Of a DNA stretch of 64,000 nt, positions 38,334 to 52,068 are shown one piece after another (within the stretch, counting starts at the first letter, position 1; every line of letters begins with the position of its first letter). A program made the position numbers and the translations under genes. The notes under the pieces were generated by a model. The model did not search any database and was not told where the DNA came from. It saw only the letters and a program-made list of their open reading frames with translations. Source of the DNA: Octopus sinensis (Eukaryota); assembly GCF_006345805.1 (NCBI RefSeq), contig NC_043011.1, forward strand, positions 1,674,001-1,738,000. The letters run 5' to 3'.

Positions 38334-39589
38334 ATGGGAATAAAACTATAAAGAAGATTCTAGAAAATCAAACACACTTCATCCCTTTGTTTCACTATTA
38401 TTGAAGGACCCGAAAAGGATCTTGGATGTTCCTTTTCCTGCTGTCATTAAAAGGAGAAACTGCTAATTGGCATGTTTAATCATATTAATAAGATGAATAT
38501 TTAGCTAAAGTTTAAAATAATGGTAAACATATTCCGTATGTTGTCATGTATTAAGTAGGGAGAGAAAATTTTCTGCTTCTTATTGTAGGCATGCCTATGT
38601 CTGCTGGAATGTTTATGTGTGTGTGTAACAAGATATTGGAAGAAAATAGTTTCTAAAAATACATTTTAGTTTTCTCTTTTACATAATTTCACTTTTTAAC
38701 ACTCGAAATTACCATAATATCTACATCTCATATTTGAATTGCTTTTTCACATAGCTTTTGTGTATGGTACCTTTTTTGACATGCAATAACAAAATGCCAT
38801 GTGTGTGTGTGTGTGTCTGTTTTTCTGCTCATTTATGCATTATGTTTTGCTTAACTTTCACTTTCACAATGAATAATTAAATAATTGGCAGTGAAAAGAA
38901 AAATGTATGAGAACTTTGGGGGAAAAGTGTGTTATTTTATCTGAGAGAGTTGAGGTGTCTTGGCATAGAAAACCTGAACTTATATATACATCGATTCTAT
39001 ATGCTAACTGAAAGGTGCTTGGCATATATGGTTTATGTGAAAAGAGAGTGAATAAATTGAATTGACAATTTAAAAGTTTTTCTTTCTCTTTCAATATAAA
39101 AAATTCAGACATTTATAGGGATTCTTACAGAACAAAAATATTGCAAAAGTAGAAACAACAAATGCCTTGACAATTTAATGTTGTTTTGAAATAATTTTAT
39201 TACTGTAACTCAATAAATGTAGATGGTATACTACATTACTCCTATTCCATCAGTTCAAATCTTGATACAAGTGGTGTATTTTGATTCCTTGAGGACATTT
39301 TTTTGACTTTATAGGTGAATTAAGAATATTCATTAAAAAGTTTGTAACATTGGCAGAAAACCACAAATTTCACTGGGTGTATTGTCAATCATATCTAGTA
39401 CTTAGTTTATCACCCTGTAAGGTTAATAAACAAAATCAACTCTGGTGGGATTTGAACTTAGAATGTAATGTTTTGTAACTGAAAACCACATGACATTTTG
39501 TCTGATGCTCCAGCAATTCTGTCAAATCACCATCCTTTTAAAATTCATTTAAAATTGTTCATTCTTTTTTATGGTGTCTATCTATTATT

Positions 39590-39990
39590 TTTTTTACCTG
39601 TTTTAGTCATTTGACTGTGGCCTTGCTGGGGCACCGCCTTGAAGAATTTTAGTCAAACTAATCAACCTCAGCACTTATTTTTCTTTTTAAACCTGCTACT
39701 TATTCTATCAGTCTCTTTTACTGAAAGGCTAAGTTGCGGGGGACATTGAACACACCAACACCGGTTGTCAAGTACTGAAGGGCGTAAAACACAGGCACAA
39801 ATACACACACTCTCTCTCACTCACACACACACATGTATATATGATGGGCTTCTTTCAGTTTCCATCTACCAAATCTACTCACAACCCTTTGGTCAGCCTG
39901 TTGCCCAAGGTGCCACACAATGAGATTGAACCTAGAACCATGTGGTGTGAAGCAAACTTCTCACCACACAGCTATATCTGCACCTATGTA
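39590..39990 (-). mobile_element. SINE A, older diverged copy
   Basis: Homology with more mismatches. Confidence 0.75.
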
Positions 39991-40248
39991 GGCAATCAGA
40001 TGACTTTAATGTACGTATGTTTCCATGTGTGTCTGCATATATTTATTCTTGATTTTTTTTTTCACCAAGTATTATTGGTTACAGGTTCCCCCTAGGTCAT
40101 TCCCTGGTTCATTGCATTTCTGATGACAAGAGTGACAAGAGTGCATCTGTAACCCAGGGAGTGTCATTAAATGAGCCTCAGTCTTTATTGATGACTTTAT
40201 TCTTGTTTGATATACATTGGTGAAATACAACTACGTATATATTCATAC

Positions 40249-40518
40249 GTGGAGGCATATGGCCTAGTGGTTAAAGCAGCAGACTCGCAGTCGAGGGATC
40301 GCGGGTTTGAATCTCAGACCAGACGATGTGTGTGTTTATGAGCGAAAACACCTAAGCTCCACGCGACTCCGGCAGAAGGTAATTGTGAAACTTCTGCTAA
40401 TTCTTCCGCCACAACTTTCTCTCACTTTTTCCTCGTGCATCTTGCAGCTCACCTGCGACAGACCGGTGTTCCATCCAGGTGGGGAACCTATACGCCAAGA
40501 AACCGGGAAGCAACAAAA
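40249..40518 (+). mobile_element. SINE D-type with 12-bp TSD
   Basis: TSD ATATATTCATAC at 40237-40248 and 40519-40530. Confidence 0.9.
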
Positions 40519-40756
40519 ATATATTCATACACAAGACAGGCTTCCACATAGTTACAGATGAACTAATTCCATTTAGAAGGTAGGCACAGGCATGACTGTG
40601 GATAGGGAGTTTGTTTCCCAGTCATGCAGTTTGCAGTTCATCCCACTGTTCAGTACTTTAGATTAGTGTCTTCTACAGTCAAGTCCAAAGCCTTGTGAGC
40701 GAATTTGGTAGCTGCAAACTGGAAGAAGCCTATGGTATATGTGTGTGTATGCATAA

Positions 40757-40789
<33 letters not shown>

Positions 40790-40791
<2 letters not shown>

Positions 40792-41000
40792 GTTAATCCA
40801 AACATGAAAACACAAAGAGAAAGCACAACAACGCGAGGACGTGGAACAAATATAGTATTATTGGATGCTCAGGAAAGAAGGAAAGAAGGAGGGTTTAACG
40901 TTTCGAGCGGAGCACTTCGTCTGAAACATAGGAAAAGGAAAGATCCAAAGAAGGGAAGATGGAGGATAAAAAATCGCCAACAGTACACACGCGGTCACAT
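40790..41000 (-). mobile_element. PLE-terminus-like repeat H1 with HHR motif (40893-40927)
   Basis: Minus strand GUUU-CAGACGA-A-GUGC UCC GCUC-GAAACGUU/AAAC; TA run at its 3' end. Confidence 0.7.
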
Positions 41001-41264
41001 TTATCCATGTGTGTGTTTGTGTGTACATGTGTGCACATGCATGTAAAAAGGTGTGTGTGTGCATGCATGTATAAAGGTGCATGTGTGTGTATGTATATAT
41101 GAATGTATGTATATGTGTGTGTGTATGTGTGTGTGTGCATGTATGAGGGTATGAATGTGTGTTTATGTGTGTTTATTTCCTTGTCTTGATATTACATGGT
41201 AGTTATAAAGTGGTGTCCATTTTCTATCTTTTATGGAATCATACTTAGCCATGAGGAAATATAG

Positions 41265-41510
41265 TTAAGTTAAGTTTTTGGCTCAAAAAGCAAAAAGCAA
41301 GGCCATGTAGGGGGACATAGAGTTATGTACAGGGAGGGTGTTCATGCAAAGAGTTCAGGCCATTTCTGGTCAAGAGAGATTTTGAACTGAGTGGTCGTCG
41401 GCATCTTCACTATCTCGTCCGGCAGCTTATTCCACGGATCCACAACCTGGATGGAGAAAGCCCCTCTCCTTCAATTGAGATGAAATCGTCGCAGATAGAG
41501 CTTTATTGTC
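41265..41510 (-). pseudogene. CR1/L2-type LINE 3' end
   Basis: Minus strand reads RRGAFSIQVVDPWNKLPDEIV..FKISLD, followed by a short UTR. Confidence 0.8.
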
Positions 41511-42295
41511 TTATTATGAAGACAAGAGAGGTTTGGTGACTGGAAGGGCATCCAGCCACAGAAAATCACCTCAACAAATTTTGTCTGGTGCATGCAAGCA
41601 TAGAAAAGTTGGCATCAAATAACAGAGATGATGATATTCATGAAGTTATTAGTCAACCAAAGCTACAACAGAAGACTCTTGCCCAAGGTGCCAAGCAGTG
41701 GGATCAAACCTGACACCCTATTGTTGCAAAGGGAACTTCATAGCCATGCAGTCATATCAGCCCATATGTATGAGGTGAACATTTGTATTCACTTACAATG
41801 TCATGTATAAGCATTATTTGTATATAAGCATTCCTATATACACCTATATGTAAACATGTATGTGAGAGGTCAAAGAGAGAGAAAAAGAGAGACTATGTAT
41901 AGTTGTGTGTGTATTTTTATCTGTGTGTGTGTGTGTGCATCTATAGGTGTGTGTCTGTATGTCTATGTATATATACATACCTGTTTGTTTGAGTGATTTT
42001 CTTTGTTAATGGAAAGCTTGCATGACATATTTAACTTAATGTTAAAGACATGGTTAGAATCAATAAAACATTAAAAAAATATCTTTTAAATTTTGTATTT
42101 GATATTCATTTATTGAGATAAGAATTGCACAGATATGAAACTGATAAGTAATAAATATATTTACAGTACTGTTGCATTTCGGTCATAATTAGATAATTAA
42201 CAGTTTTCACTCCAAGAACAGAATATCACACCCTGATAATTACTATTGCACATTGGAAATGTCTTACTTTGCTATCCTATAACCCTGATATTTTT

Positions 42296-43030
<735 letters not shown>

Positions 43031-43520
43031 AAAGAGATTGATTAAATTTCAAAAATTACATAGAAGCAGAAAAAAGGAACAAATGGAATCAAGACAAAAG
43101 GAACATGCTCTTTTCTCGTCAGTTATCATCTACAAAAATGTAATTGCAATTTCACACTTTTAGCAATATGTGTGTGTGTGTGCATATGTTTGCATGTGTG
43201 TGTGTGTGTGTGCGTGCATACCTACTATTCTACCTGATGGCTAGATTAAACTTATGTATTTCTGTATTGGTAAGTTAGAGTTAACATAATTATGATGGAT
43301 AACATTAATCACTTAACTAAAAATGTTTGATATTCTAGAGAAAAAAAAAAACACGGTACAAGGTAATGATATGTTACTTTCATTTTTCTAGCTGGTATGA
43401 CAGCAACCCCAGACATGTTTCAGTCTTACATTGACCTTATCTGTAAATATAGTCTTCGAAGTACTTGTCCAATTATGTAAATGTACAAGAGTGTATATTA
43501 TTTAGGGAAATAAAATAGAG

Positions 43521-43933
43521 TTACTCTCTTTACTCTTTTACTTGTTTCAGTCATTTGACTGCGGCCATGCTGGAGCATTGCCTTTAGTCGAGCAAATCGA
43601 TCCTGGGACTTATTCTTTGTAAGCCCAGTACTTATTCTATCGGTCTCTTTTGCCGAACCGCTAAGTGACGGGGACGTAAACACACCAGCATCAGTTATCA
43701 AGCAATGCTAGGGGGACAAACACAGACATACAAACATACACACACATATATATATATATATACATATATACGACGGGCTTCTTTCAATTTCCATCTACCA
43801 AATCCACTCACAAGGCTTTGGTCGGGCCGAGGCTATAGTAGAAGACACTTGCCCAATGTGCCACGCAGTGGGACTGAACCCGGAACCATGTGGTTGGTAA
43901 GCAAGCTACTTACCACACAGCCACTCCTGCGCC
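43521..43933 (-). mobile_element. SINE A, full length
   Basis: Homology. Confidence 0.9.
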
Positions 43934-44677
43934 TATGTTGTTTAGAAATTTTATAATTCAAAGACATCATTAACATAAAAACAAGTTGATTAGTATAAAA
44001 ATATTTAGTACACAAATCATTAGAAAGTTAATTAGAAATATATTAATTGATGAGTAATATAACTTAGTTTTCTCAACAACTTCAGGAAACAACTGAAGAC
44101 ATATTTTGGTCTTATTCTGAACTCAGTGTTGATAGATAAAATGGATTAAAATGAAGACTTCGTTATTTTCCATTGTGTCACTATTCCACAAATCAAACTT
44201 GTGGAATAACAATGCATTTTGAAGAAACTTTGGTAGAATACTGATGCACGTCATTCAATTGCTCATATTCATTATCATCATCATCTAATGTCTGTTTTCC
44301 ATGCTGGTATGGGTTGGATAGTTCAGTAGGTGCCAGCAAGTCAGAAGACTGCACCAATACATGGTTTCTACAGCTGGATGCCCCTCCTAATGCCAACTGC
44401 TTTATGGAGTGTACTGGGTGGTTTTTACATGACACCAGCAGCAGTGAGTTTACCAAGTAACTTGCAGGACAAGACCCCTGAACTGAGGACAGGTGGTAGT
44501 ATAGAGGGCTAGAAACACACACACATGACAGGATTCTTTCAGTTTCCATCTACCAAATCCACTCACAAGGCTTCGGTTAGTCCAAGACTATAGTAAAAGA
44601 TACTTGACCCTGAATTATGAAGTTGGGAAGCAAGTTTCTTACCAACAGCCACGCCCGCACCTATATATATATATATG

Positions 44678-45060
44678 TAGGTCCCGGGTTGAGTCGGGGT
44701 TAACCACAGTAAATAAGGTACTCAATACATAGCAAAGTAAATTAATTTATTTTATTTTATAGAAGGAGCTTCTACAGGACTAGTACTGTTTCATTCAAAT
44801 GAAATCATCAGGAAGCTGGCTGTTAAAATAAAGTTTGGTATTTATACATTTAGGCAGATTTAATGGGGTGGTGGTGGGGGACGTTTTTTGGGTAAGCAGG
44901 GCACAAATTGTCGTTCTTAGGGGTGTGGTCAAAAGAATCAGTGATAAAGTAAATAAATGAATAAATAGAATAATTGAATAGAGTTTTAGGTAAATTAGAA
45001 GACTATTGCTTTTAGTCAATTTGTTGTTGTTGTTATTAAGTTGAGGGAAGAAGTAGATAA
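44678..45060 (-). mobile_element. PLE pseudo-LTR-like unit (family H3), longer copy
   Basis: 44752-44982 is the reverse complement of 48640-48870; its 3' end abuts a TA run at ~44677; contains an HHR. Confidence 0.75.
44767..44817 (-). ncRNA. Type I hammerhead ribozyme
   Basis: AGCUUC-CUGAUGA-UUUCAUUUGAAU-GAAACAG UACUAGUC CUGUA/GAAGCU; predicted cleavage between 44773 and 44772. Confidence 0.85.
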
Positions 45061-45247
45061 ATGAAAGAACATATAAAATAAATATACATACAAACCCGCA
45101 TACATACACATGCGAATATCCATATATATACATATACATATGCCCATGTATATACATACAGACACACACATACTTACTTACACATAAATACACAAGCACA
45201 TATATATACATATATGTACACACACACATATGCATACACACACACGC

Positions 45248-45280
<33 letters not shown>

Positions 45281-45467
45281 CATACAAATACACATACACA
45301 TACATGCAAACACGCCAACACACGCACATATATATATACACATATATATACCCACATATACACACACACATATATATATTTTTTATCTCCTCATCTTCCT
45401 CCCTTATTTTATTTTTATTTTTATTTCCTTTTCTCTATTTGTCTCTCCCCCCTACTCCAAACACATA

Positions 45468-45512
<45 letters not shown>

Positions 45513-45834
45513 ACGTACACACAGAGATGCGCGCGCGCGCACACACACACCTCCACAGCACATTCATACAAAGTAGACGAAGTTCTTAGCTGACCGGCTT
45601 CAAAATCATAAGAGGTATAATTTATGACCTGCCTACACACTGACACACATTCAGTGACGCTATATTAGATGAACGCCAAAGTTCCTGGAACTCCCCTTGG
45701 GGTTCCAGCCTGCCAAAAGGGATACTTCTACTACTCCCCTCTCCCTTCCTTTCTATCTCGTTACCAAAGGATACAAACGCACACACTCACACACACACAC
45801 ACACACACACTCACACGCACACTCACACGCACAC

Positions 45835-45868
<34 letters not shown>

Positions 45869-46457
45869 GCACACTCATACACATACACACATATGTTCTC
45901 TCACTCATTTCCTCTTCATCCACTTATACATATGCATATATCTCTCTCTACATACACATATATATATATATACATGCACAAATACACACATGCATACATA
46001 CATAAATGTACCCACGTTCACATAAACATATACATAACCATGCATATATAAACACACATATATAAACGTACTTCTGTACACATAAACACACATAAATATC
46101 TGCCCGCTTATATAAACGCATATGCACATATAAAACCATATGTGCATATAAATATACATACGCATATATACGCATCCATACACATATAAATACACATAAG
46201 CACACATGCATGCATACCCGTATATGTAAATGCATACATGCATATACATACACACACACATATTCATACATGCACATACATACACATATGTACACGTACA
46301 TACATGTACATATCTACACATATACACATACATATATACCCATACAAAAATCTACGAGTCCACATACATATACATATATATATACACACATATATATATA
46401 TACATATATGCCCATACAAAAATCTACAAGTCCATATATATAAATATACACATATAC

Positions 46458-46489
<32 letters not shown>

Positions 46490-47627
46490 CATCATCATCA
46501 TCATCATCATTTAGCATCCGTTCTCCATGCTAGCATGGGTTGGACGGTTCAACTGGGGTCTGTGAAGCTGGAAGGCTTCGTCAGGCCCAGTCAGATCTGG
46601 CAGTGTTTCTACGGCTGGATGCCCTTCCTAACGCCAACCACTCCGTGAGTGTAGTGGGTGCTTTTACGTGCCACCCGCAAAGGTGCCACACCAGAGCTGG
46701 CAAACGGCCACGAACGGATGGTGCTTTACGTGTCACGGCACGGGGGCCAGGCGAGGCTGGCAACGGACATGAACGGATGGTGCTTTTACGTGCCACCAAC
46801 ACGGGGGCCAGACAGAGCTGGCAAACGGCCACGAAACGGATGGTGCTTTTACGTGTCACCGGCACAGGGGCCAGGCGAGGCTGGCAAAGGACACGAACGG
46901 ATGGTGCTTTCATATGCCACCAACACGGGGGCCAGACAGAGCTGGCAAACGGCCACGAAACGGATGGTGCTTTTACGTGTCACCGGCACGGGGGCCAGGC
47001 GAGGTTGGCAATGGACACGAACGGATGGTGCTTTTATATGCCACCAACACGGGGGCCAGACAGGGTAAACAGCCACGAACAGATGGTGCTTTTATACATA
47101 TATATACATATACACATATATACATACACATATGTACTTACACCCATACACAAATATATACACATACACATACATACACACATATATATATATATATACA
47201 TGTACATACATAAGCATATGCATATATAAATACACATACGCATATCTACACACATATGCTCACACACACACTCACACACACACACACACACCACACACAC
47301 ACACACTCACACGCACATTCGTACCCATACACATACACACATACACATACATACACATACATACATATACGTACACGTACATACATATACATATCTACAC
47401 ACATACACATACACAAACCCATACAAAAATTTACGAGTCCATATATATATATACATATATATACACACACACATATATACACACATACACATATGTACTT
47501 ACACCCATACACAAATATATATATATATACATATATATACATATATATACATATACATACACATACATAAGCATATGCATATATAAATACACATACACAT
47601 ATCTACACACATACACACACACACACT

Positions 47628-47664
<37 letters not shown>

Positions 47665-47718
47665 ACCTCTATATACATATAAAAATCTACAAGTCCGTAC
47701 ATTCACACATATACATAT

Positions 47719-47761
<43 letters not shown>

Positions 47762-48480
47762 CATATATATATATATATACATACATACATATACATACAT
47801 ACATACATACACCCATACACAAGTATACAAGCATATATATATATACATAAATACACATACGCATACATATAAATACATACAAGCATACGCACACATACAC
47901 ATACACATATACATACATACATACATATACATACATACATATACATACACATACATACACATACATACATACATACACCCATACACAAATATATATATAT
48001 ATATATATACATAAATACACGCATGCGTACATATATGTATACATATACACCTACACATACATACATACACACACATATAGATACACGCACATAAGCACAT
48101 ACATATAAATATTCATATACACATATATATACATATACACGTACATAAACATATACATATGCATACACATACATAAATATATACTCGTGTACACACACAT
48201 ATACAAACATATGCACATATACACACATACATATACACACATATATACATACACATATATATACACACACATATATATATACATATATATATACATATAT
48301 ATACATACATATATATATACATATATACACACACAAACATGCACACATATACACATACACACGTATGCATGCCTACACATACACATGTACATATACAGAT
48401 GCACACACACACATACATATACATATATGCATTCATATACATATATGTGCACATATGCACATGCCCACATCCATATATAT
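45060..48480. repeat. Cryptic CA/TA simple-sequence field with recurring longer motifs
   Basis: Motif CCCATACAAAAATCTACGAGTCC or near variants recurs at ~46340, ~46410 and ~47418 (partial at ~47680), on both sides of the family C insertion. Confidence 0.9.
46490..47092 (-). mobile_element. Family C element with expanded ~60-bp tandem subrepeats
   Basis: About 7 units starting GGATGGTGCTTTT, alternating two variants. Confidence 0.9.
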
Positions 48481-48639
48481 GTATATAGTCTTAGGAGAGA
48501 AGGTAATTGGGGGTGATGAAGGAACGGTGGGAGTGGGGGGTTTGGTGGTTGGGGTGTCGTCAATCGGGTTGCCTGGTGGGTCTGTAATGTATGTAGTTGG
48601 CATTAATTTTGTGCATACAGTTTGGGGAGTGTTCTGAGA

Positions 48640-48865
48640 TCTATTCAATTATTCTATTTATTCATTTATTTACTTTATCACTGATTCTTTTGACCACACC
48701 CCTAAGAACGACAGTTTGTGCCCTGCTTACCCAAAATATGTCCCCCACCACCACCCCATTAAATCTGCCTAAATGTATAAATACCAAACTTTATTTTGGC
48801 AGCCAGCTTCCTGATGATTTCATTTGAATGAAACAGTACTAGTCCTGTAGAAGCTCCTTCTATAA

Positions 48866-48870
<5 letters not shown>
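48640..48870 (+). mobile_element. PLE pseudo-LTR-like unit H3, inverted partial copy
   Basis: 231-bp inverted match to 44752-44982; ends at a TA run. Confidence 0.75.
48805..48855 (+). ncRNA. Type I hammerhead ribozyme
   Basis: Identical to the 44767-44817 motif; stem I 6 bp plus distal UUAUUUU/AAAAUAA helix; predicted GUA cleavage between 48849 and 48850. Confidence 0.85.
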
Positions 48871-48923
<53 letters not shown>

Positions 48924-49009
48924 TATAAATAAGGATAAGATCGATTTTTAATACTGATCTTATCAGGTGGACAGCATGGGAATAAAAACTTTCAAAAGTA
49001 ATAATTATT

Positions 49010-49160
49010 TAAAATATAATTTAGGGTATCTAAGAAATACCACCACACTGGAAATAGCTGTCAAAACTTGACTCTAAAACCACATTAAGTTTAATGTGGT
49101 TTTTGAGTCAAATTTTGATTGCTAATTCCAGTGTGGTGGTATCTCTTAGATACCCTAAAT

Positions 49161-49170
<10 letters not shown>
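49010..49170. repeat. Fold-back palindrome, ~79-bp arms
   Basis: Centre ..CCACATTAA GT TTAATGTGG.. Confidence 0.95.
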
Positions 49171-49214
<44 letters not shown>

Positions 49215-49215
<1 letters not shown>

Positions 49216-49378
49216 GTAAAATAATATGTGACACTTATACAATAGCCAAGATAAAACTCTGAGTTTTGGATGCCGAGGTGGAAATAACCGAAGAGAAGGT
49301 GTTGTGGATTTCCACCTTGGCGTCCGAAACTCAGAGTTTTATCTTGGCTATTGTATAATTGTCACATATTATTTTACA
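49215..49378. repeat. Inverted repeat, 71-bp arms, 22-nt spacer
   Basis: TGTAAAATAATATGTGACA.. / ..TGTCACATATTATTTTACA. Confidence 0.95.
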
Positions 49379-49518
49379 GATAAATTTCCTCTATTTACAT
49401 AATATTGAGGTCTCTTTCTTTCTTTTGTTATCTTAACGTTTTTACCAAGATATATATATATATATATATATATAAAATGCTTACTTACATATAAGAGAAC
49501 AAAGTGTACGTACTTTGT

Positions 49519-49577
<59 letters not shown>

Positions 49578-50216
49578 TGAGAGAGATGATAGATAGATAG
49601 ATAGATAGATAGATGGATAGATGTGTGTGTGTCTTTGTGTTTGTTTTTCAACACAACTTGACAATAAGTGTTGGTTTGTTTACATCCCCATAACTCAGGA
49701 GTTTTGCAAAAGAGACCAATTGAATATAAATACCAGGGATTGATTTGTTTGAGTAAACTATCCAAGGCAGTCCTCCAGTATGGTTACTATCCAACAGCTG
49801 AAACAGTCAAAAGATAAAATATAAAAAAGTTAGCTACATAATATCTCTCAATATTTTACTTATTTTTTAATGGAATTCTTCATGAGTTTGCTTGGAAATG
49901 CATATGTCAGCTTTACATCACCTGTAAATAAAAACAGGGATCCAATGGAAAATCTGACTAAGGAGGGGTGGTCAATTCTGTTCTGCCACTGAGTTCTGGA
50001 TCAATCTTCTATTGTTGCTTCTAGACTTGAAAGAAATGGCTCATTTAATTTTCCAACTCTTACACATTACAGTATTGAATTCTACTTTCACAAAGTACTT
50101 ATTTATGATATATGAATAGGATAAAATCAGGCTAGGGGTGAAATTCCCACTTATATTAATTTTTTAAAAAATTTTTACTATGTAACAATGCTGATGACTC
50201 CAATATTTTATTAACT

Positions 50217-50381
50217 GGCGCAGGAGTGGCTGTGTGGTAAGTATCTTGCTAACCAACCACATGGTTCCAGGTTCAGTCCCACTGCGTGGCATCTTGGGCA
50301 AGTGTCTTCTGCTATAGCCCCGGGCCAACCAATGCCTTGTGAGTGAATTTGGTAGACGGAAACTGAAAGAAACCTGTCGTA

Positions 50382-50434
<53 letters not shown>

Positions 50435-50678
50435 TATATATATGTATGTGTGTGTATATGTTTGTGTGTCTGTGTTTGTCCCCCTAGCATTACTTGACAA
50501 CCGATGCTGGCGTGTTTATGTCCCCGTCACTTAGCGGTTCGGCAAAAGAGGCTGATAGAATAAGTACAGGGCTTACAAAGAATAAGTCCCGGGGTCGATT
50601 TGCTCGACTAAAGGCGGTGCTCCAGCATGGCCACAGTCAAATGACTGAAACAAGTAAAAGAGTAAAAGAGTAAAAGAG
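50217..50678 (+). mobile_element. SINE A, full length
   Basis: Homology. Confidence 0.9.
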
Positions 50679-51224
50679 AGTTAGTTGCAGCTGACCATAA
50701 TTTTTGTCTGTTGTAGTTTGATTCAGAAAAGAATGCCAGATTTCTGGTTACCTTACTTGTACTCCAGTCTATCAACTTGTTCTTACACTTATGTCAGCAT
50801 CAAATGATGTGCTTTCCTATACAGAGTTTTCCTTTTGGTGATAACATGATGCATTAATACATAGTAAATTATAAAACAGACATTACTTATTCAAAATGCC
50901 TCAACAAATTGGTGCTGTCTTTACTTGTGCTGTTGCCTTATATAACTGTCAGACTGACAACTTGTCACAAAAAAAAGAAATGAAAAGTGAACTAAAGATA
51001 TTCTTATTGCAGGAATACCAAAGAGATTTTTTCTTTACTACAAGTGTCAGAAAAAAAATTTGTTTTTCCAAATTTCAACATTGGTAGAAAGGATCATTTT
51101 GTAGCAATGTAGTCTCATATTCAATGCCACTACACTACATTTTGGATAAGTGTCTTCTATTACAGCCTTGGATTGACCAATGCCATGTAAGTGGAACAGT
51201 AAAGGAAAACTGTACAGAAGTTTT

Positions 51225-51434
51225 ACTCTTTTACTCTTTTACTTGTTTCAGTCATTTGACTGCGGCCATGCTGGAGCACCGCCTTTAGTCGAGCAAATCG
51301 ACCCCAGGACTTATTCTTTGTAAGCCCAGTACTTATTCTATCGGTCTCTTTTGCCGAACTGCTAAGTGACGGGGACGTAAACACACCAGCATCGGTTGTC
51401 AAGCAATGCTAGGGGGACAAACACAGACACACAA

Positions 51435-51469
<35 letters not shown>

Positions 51470-51627
51470 CATATATATGACAGGCTTCTTTCAGTTTCCG
51501 TCTACCAAATCCACTCACAAGGCATTGGTCGGCCCAGGGCTATAGCAGAAGATGCCACGTAGTGGGACTGAACCCGAAACCATGGGGTTGGTTAGCAAGC
51601 TACTTACCACACAGCCACTCCTGCGCC
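51225..51627 (-). mobile_element. SINE A with a small internal deletion
   Basis: Homology. Confidence 0.9.
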
Positions 51628-51842
51628 TATATATATATATAAAAGGATAAAAATGTATATACATTATCACTAATCAACATTATTATCATATTTATATTTG
51701 CTTTTATATATTGCATGTGTCAAACAGGCCTTGTCTGGTACAGTGTCCCAATCAAATACCTCTTAAATCTGGTATTTCTCTGACTCTAGGTTTTGCTTCT
51801 ACATTTGGAATTTCTTTAAATCCTTCACAGTCTCCACTATAT

Positions 51843-52068
51843 ATTTCTTAACTACCCACAAGGGGCTAAACACAGAGGGGACAAACAAGGACAGACAAAT
51901 GGATTAAGTCGATTATATCGACCCCAGTACGTAACTGGTACTTAATTTATCGACCCTGAAAGGATGAAAGGCAAAGTCGACCTCTGCGGAATTTGAACTC
52001 GGAACGTAACAACAGACGAAATACGGCTATGCATTTTGCCCAGTGTGCTAACGTTTCCGCCACCTCTA
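51843..52068 (-). mobile_element. SINE B
   Basis: Homology. Confidence 0.85.

Noticed and set aside
46660-47092. CRISPR-like array
   Set aside because: Eukaryotic context; the units are homologous tandem repeats without unique spacers.
44767-48855. Retrozyme interpretation of the HHR pair
   Set aside because: Retrozymes need HHRs in direct repeats on one strand to excise a monomer; these are inverted, one per strand.
48930-48970. CUGAUAA-GAUC..GAUC on the minus strand as an HHR
   Set aside because: No GAAA after the stem and G8 is missing; cannot be supported.
50730-50810. Possible minus-strand exon ending CAA/GTAAGG
   Set aside because: Stops in all frames and a weak acceptor.
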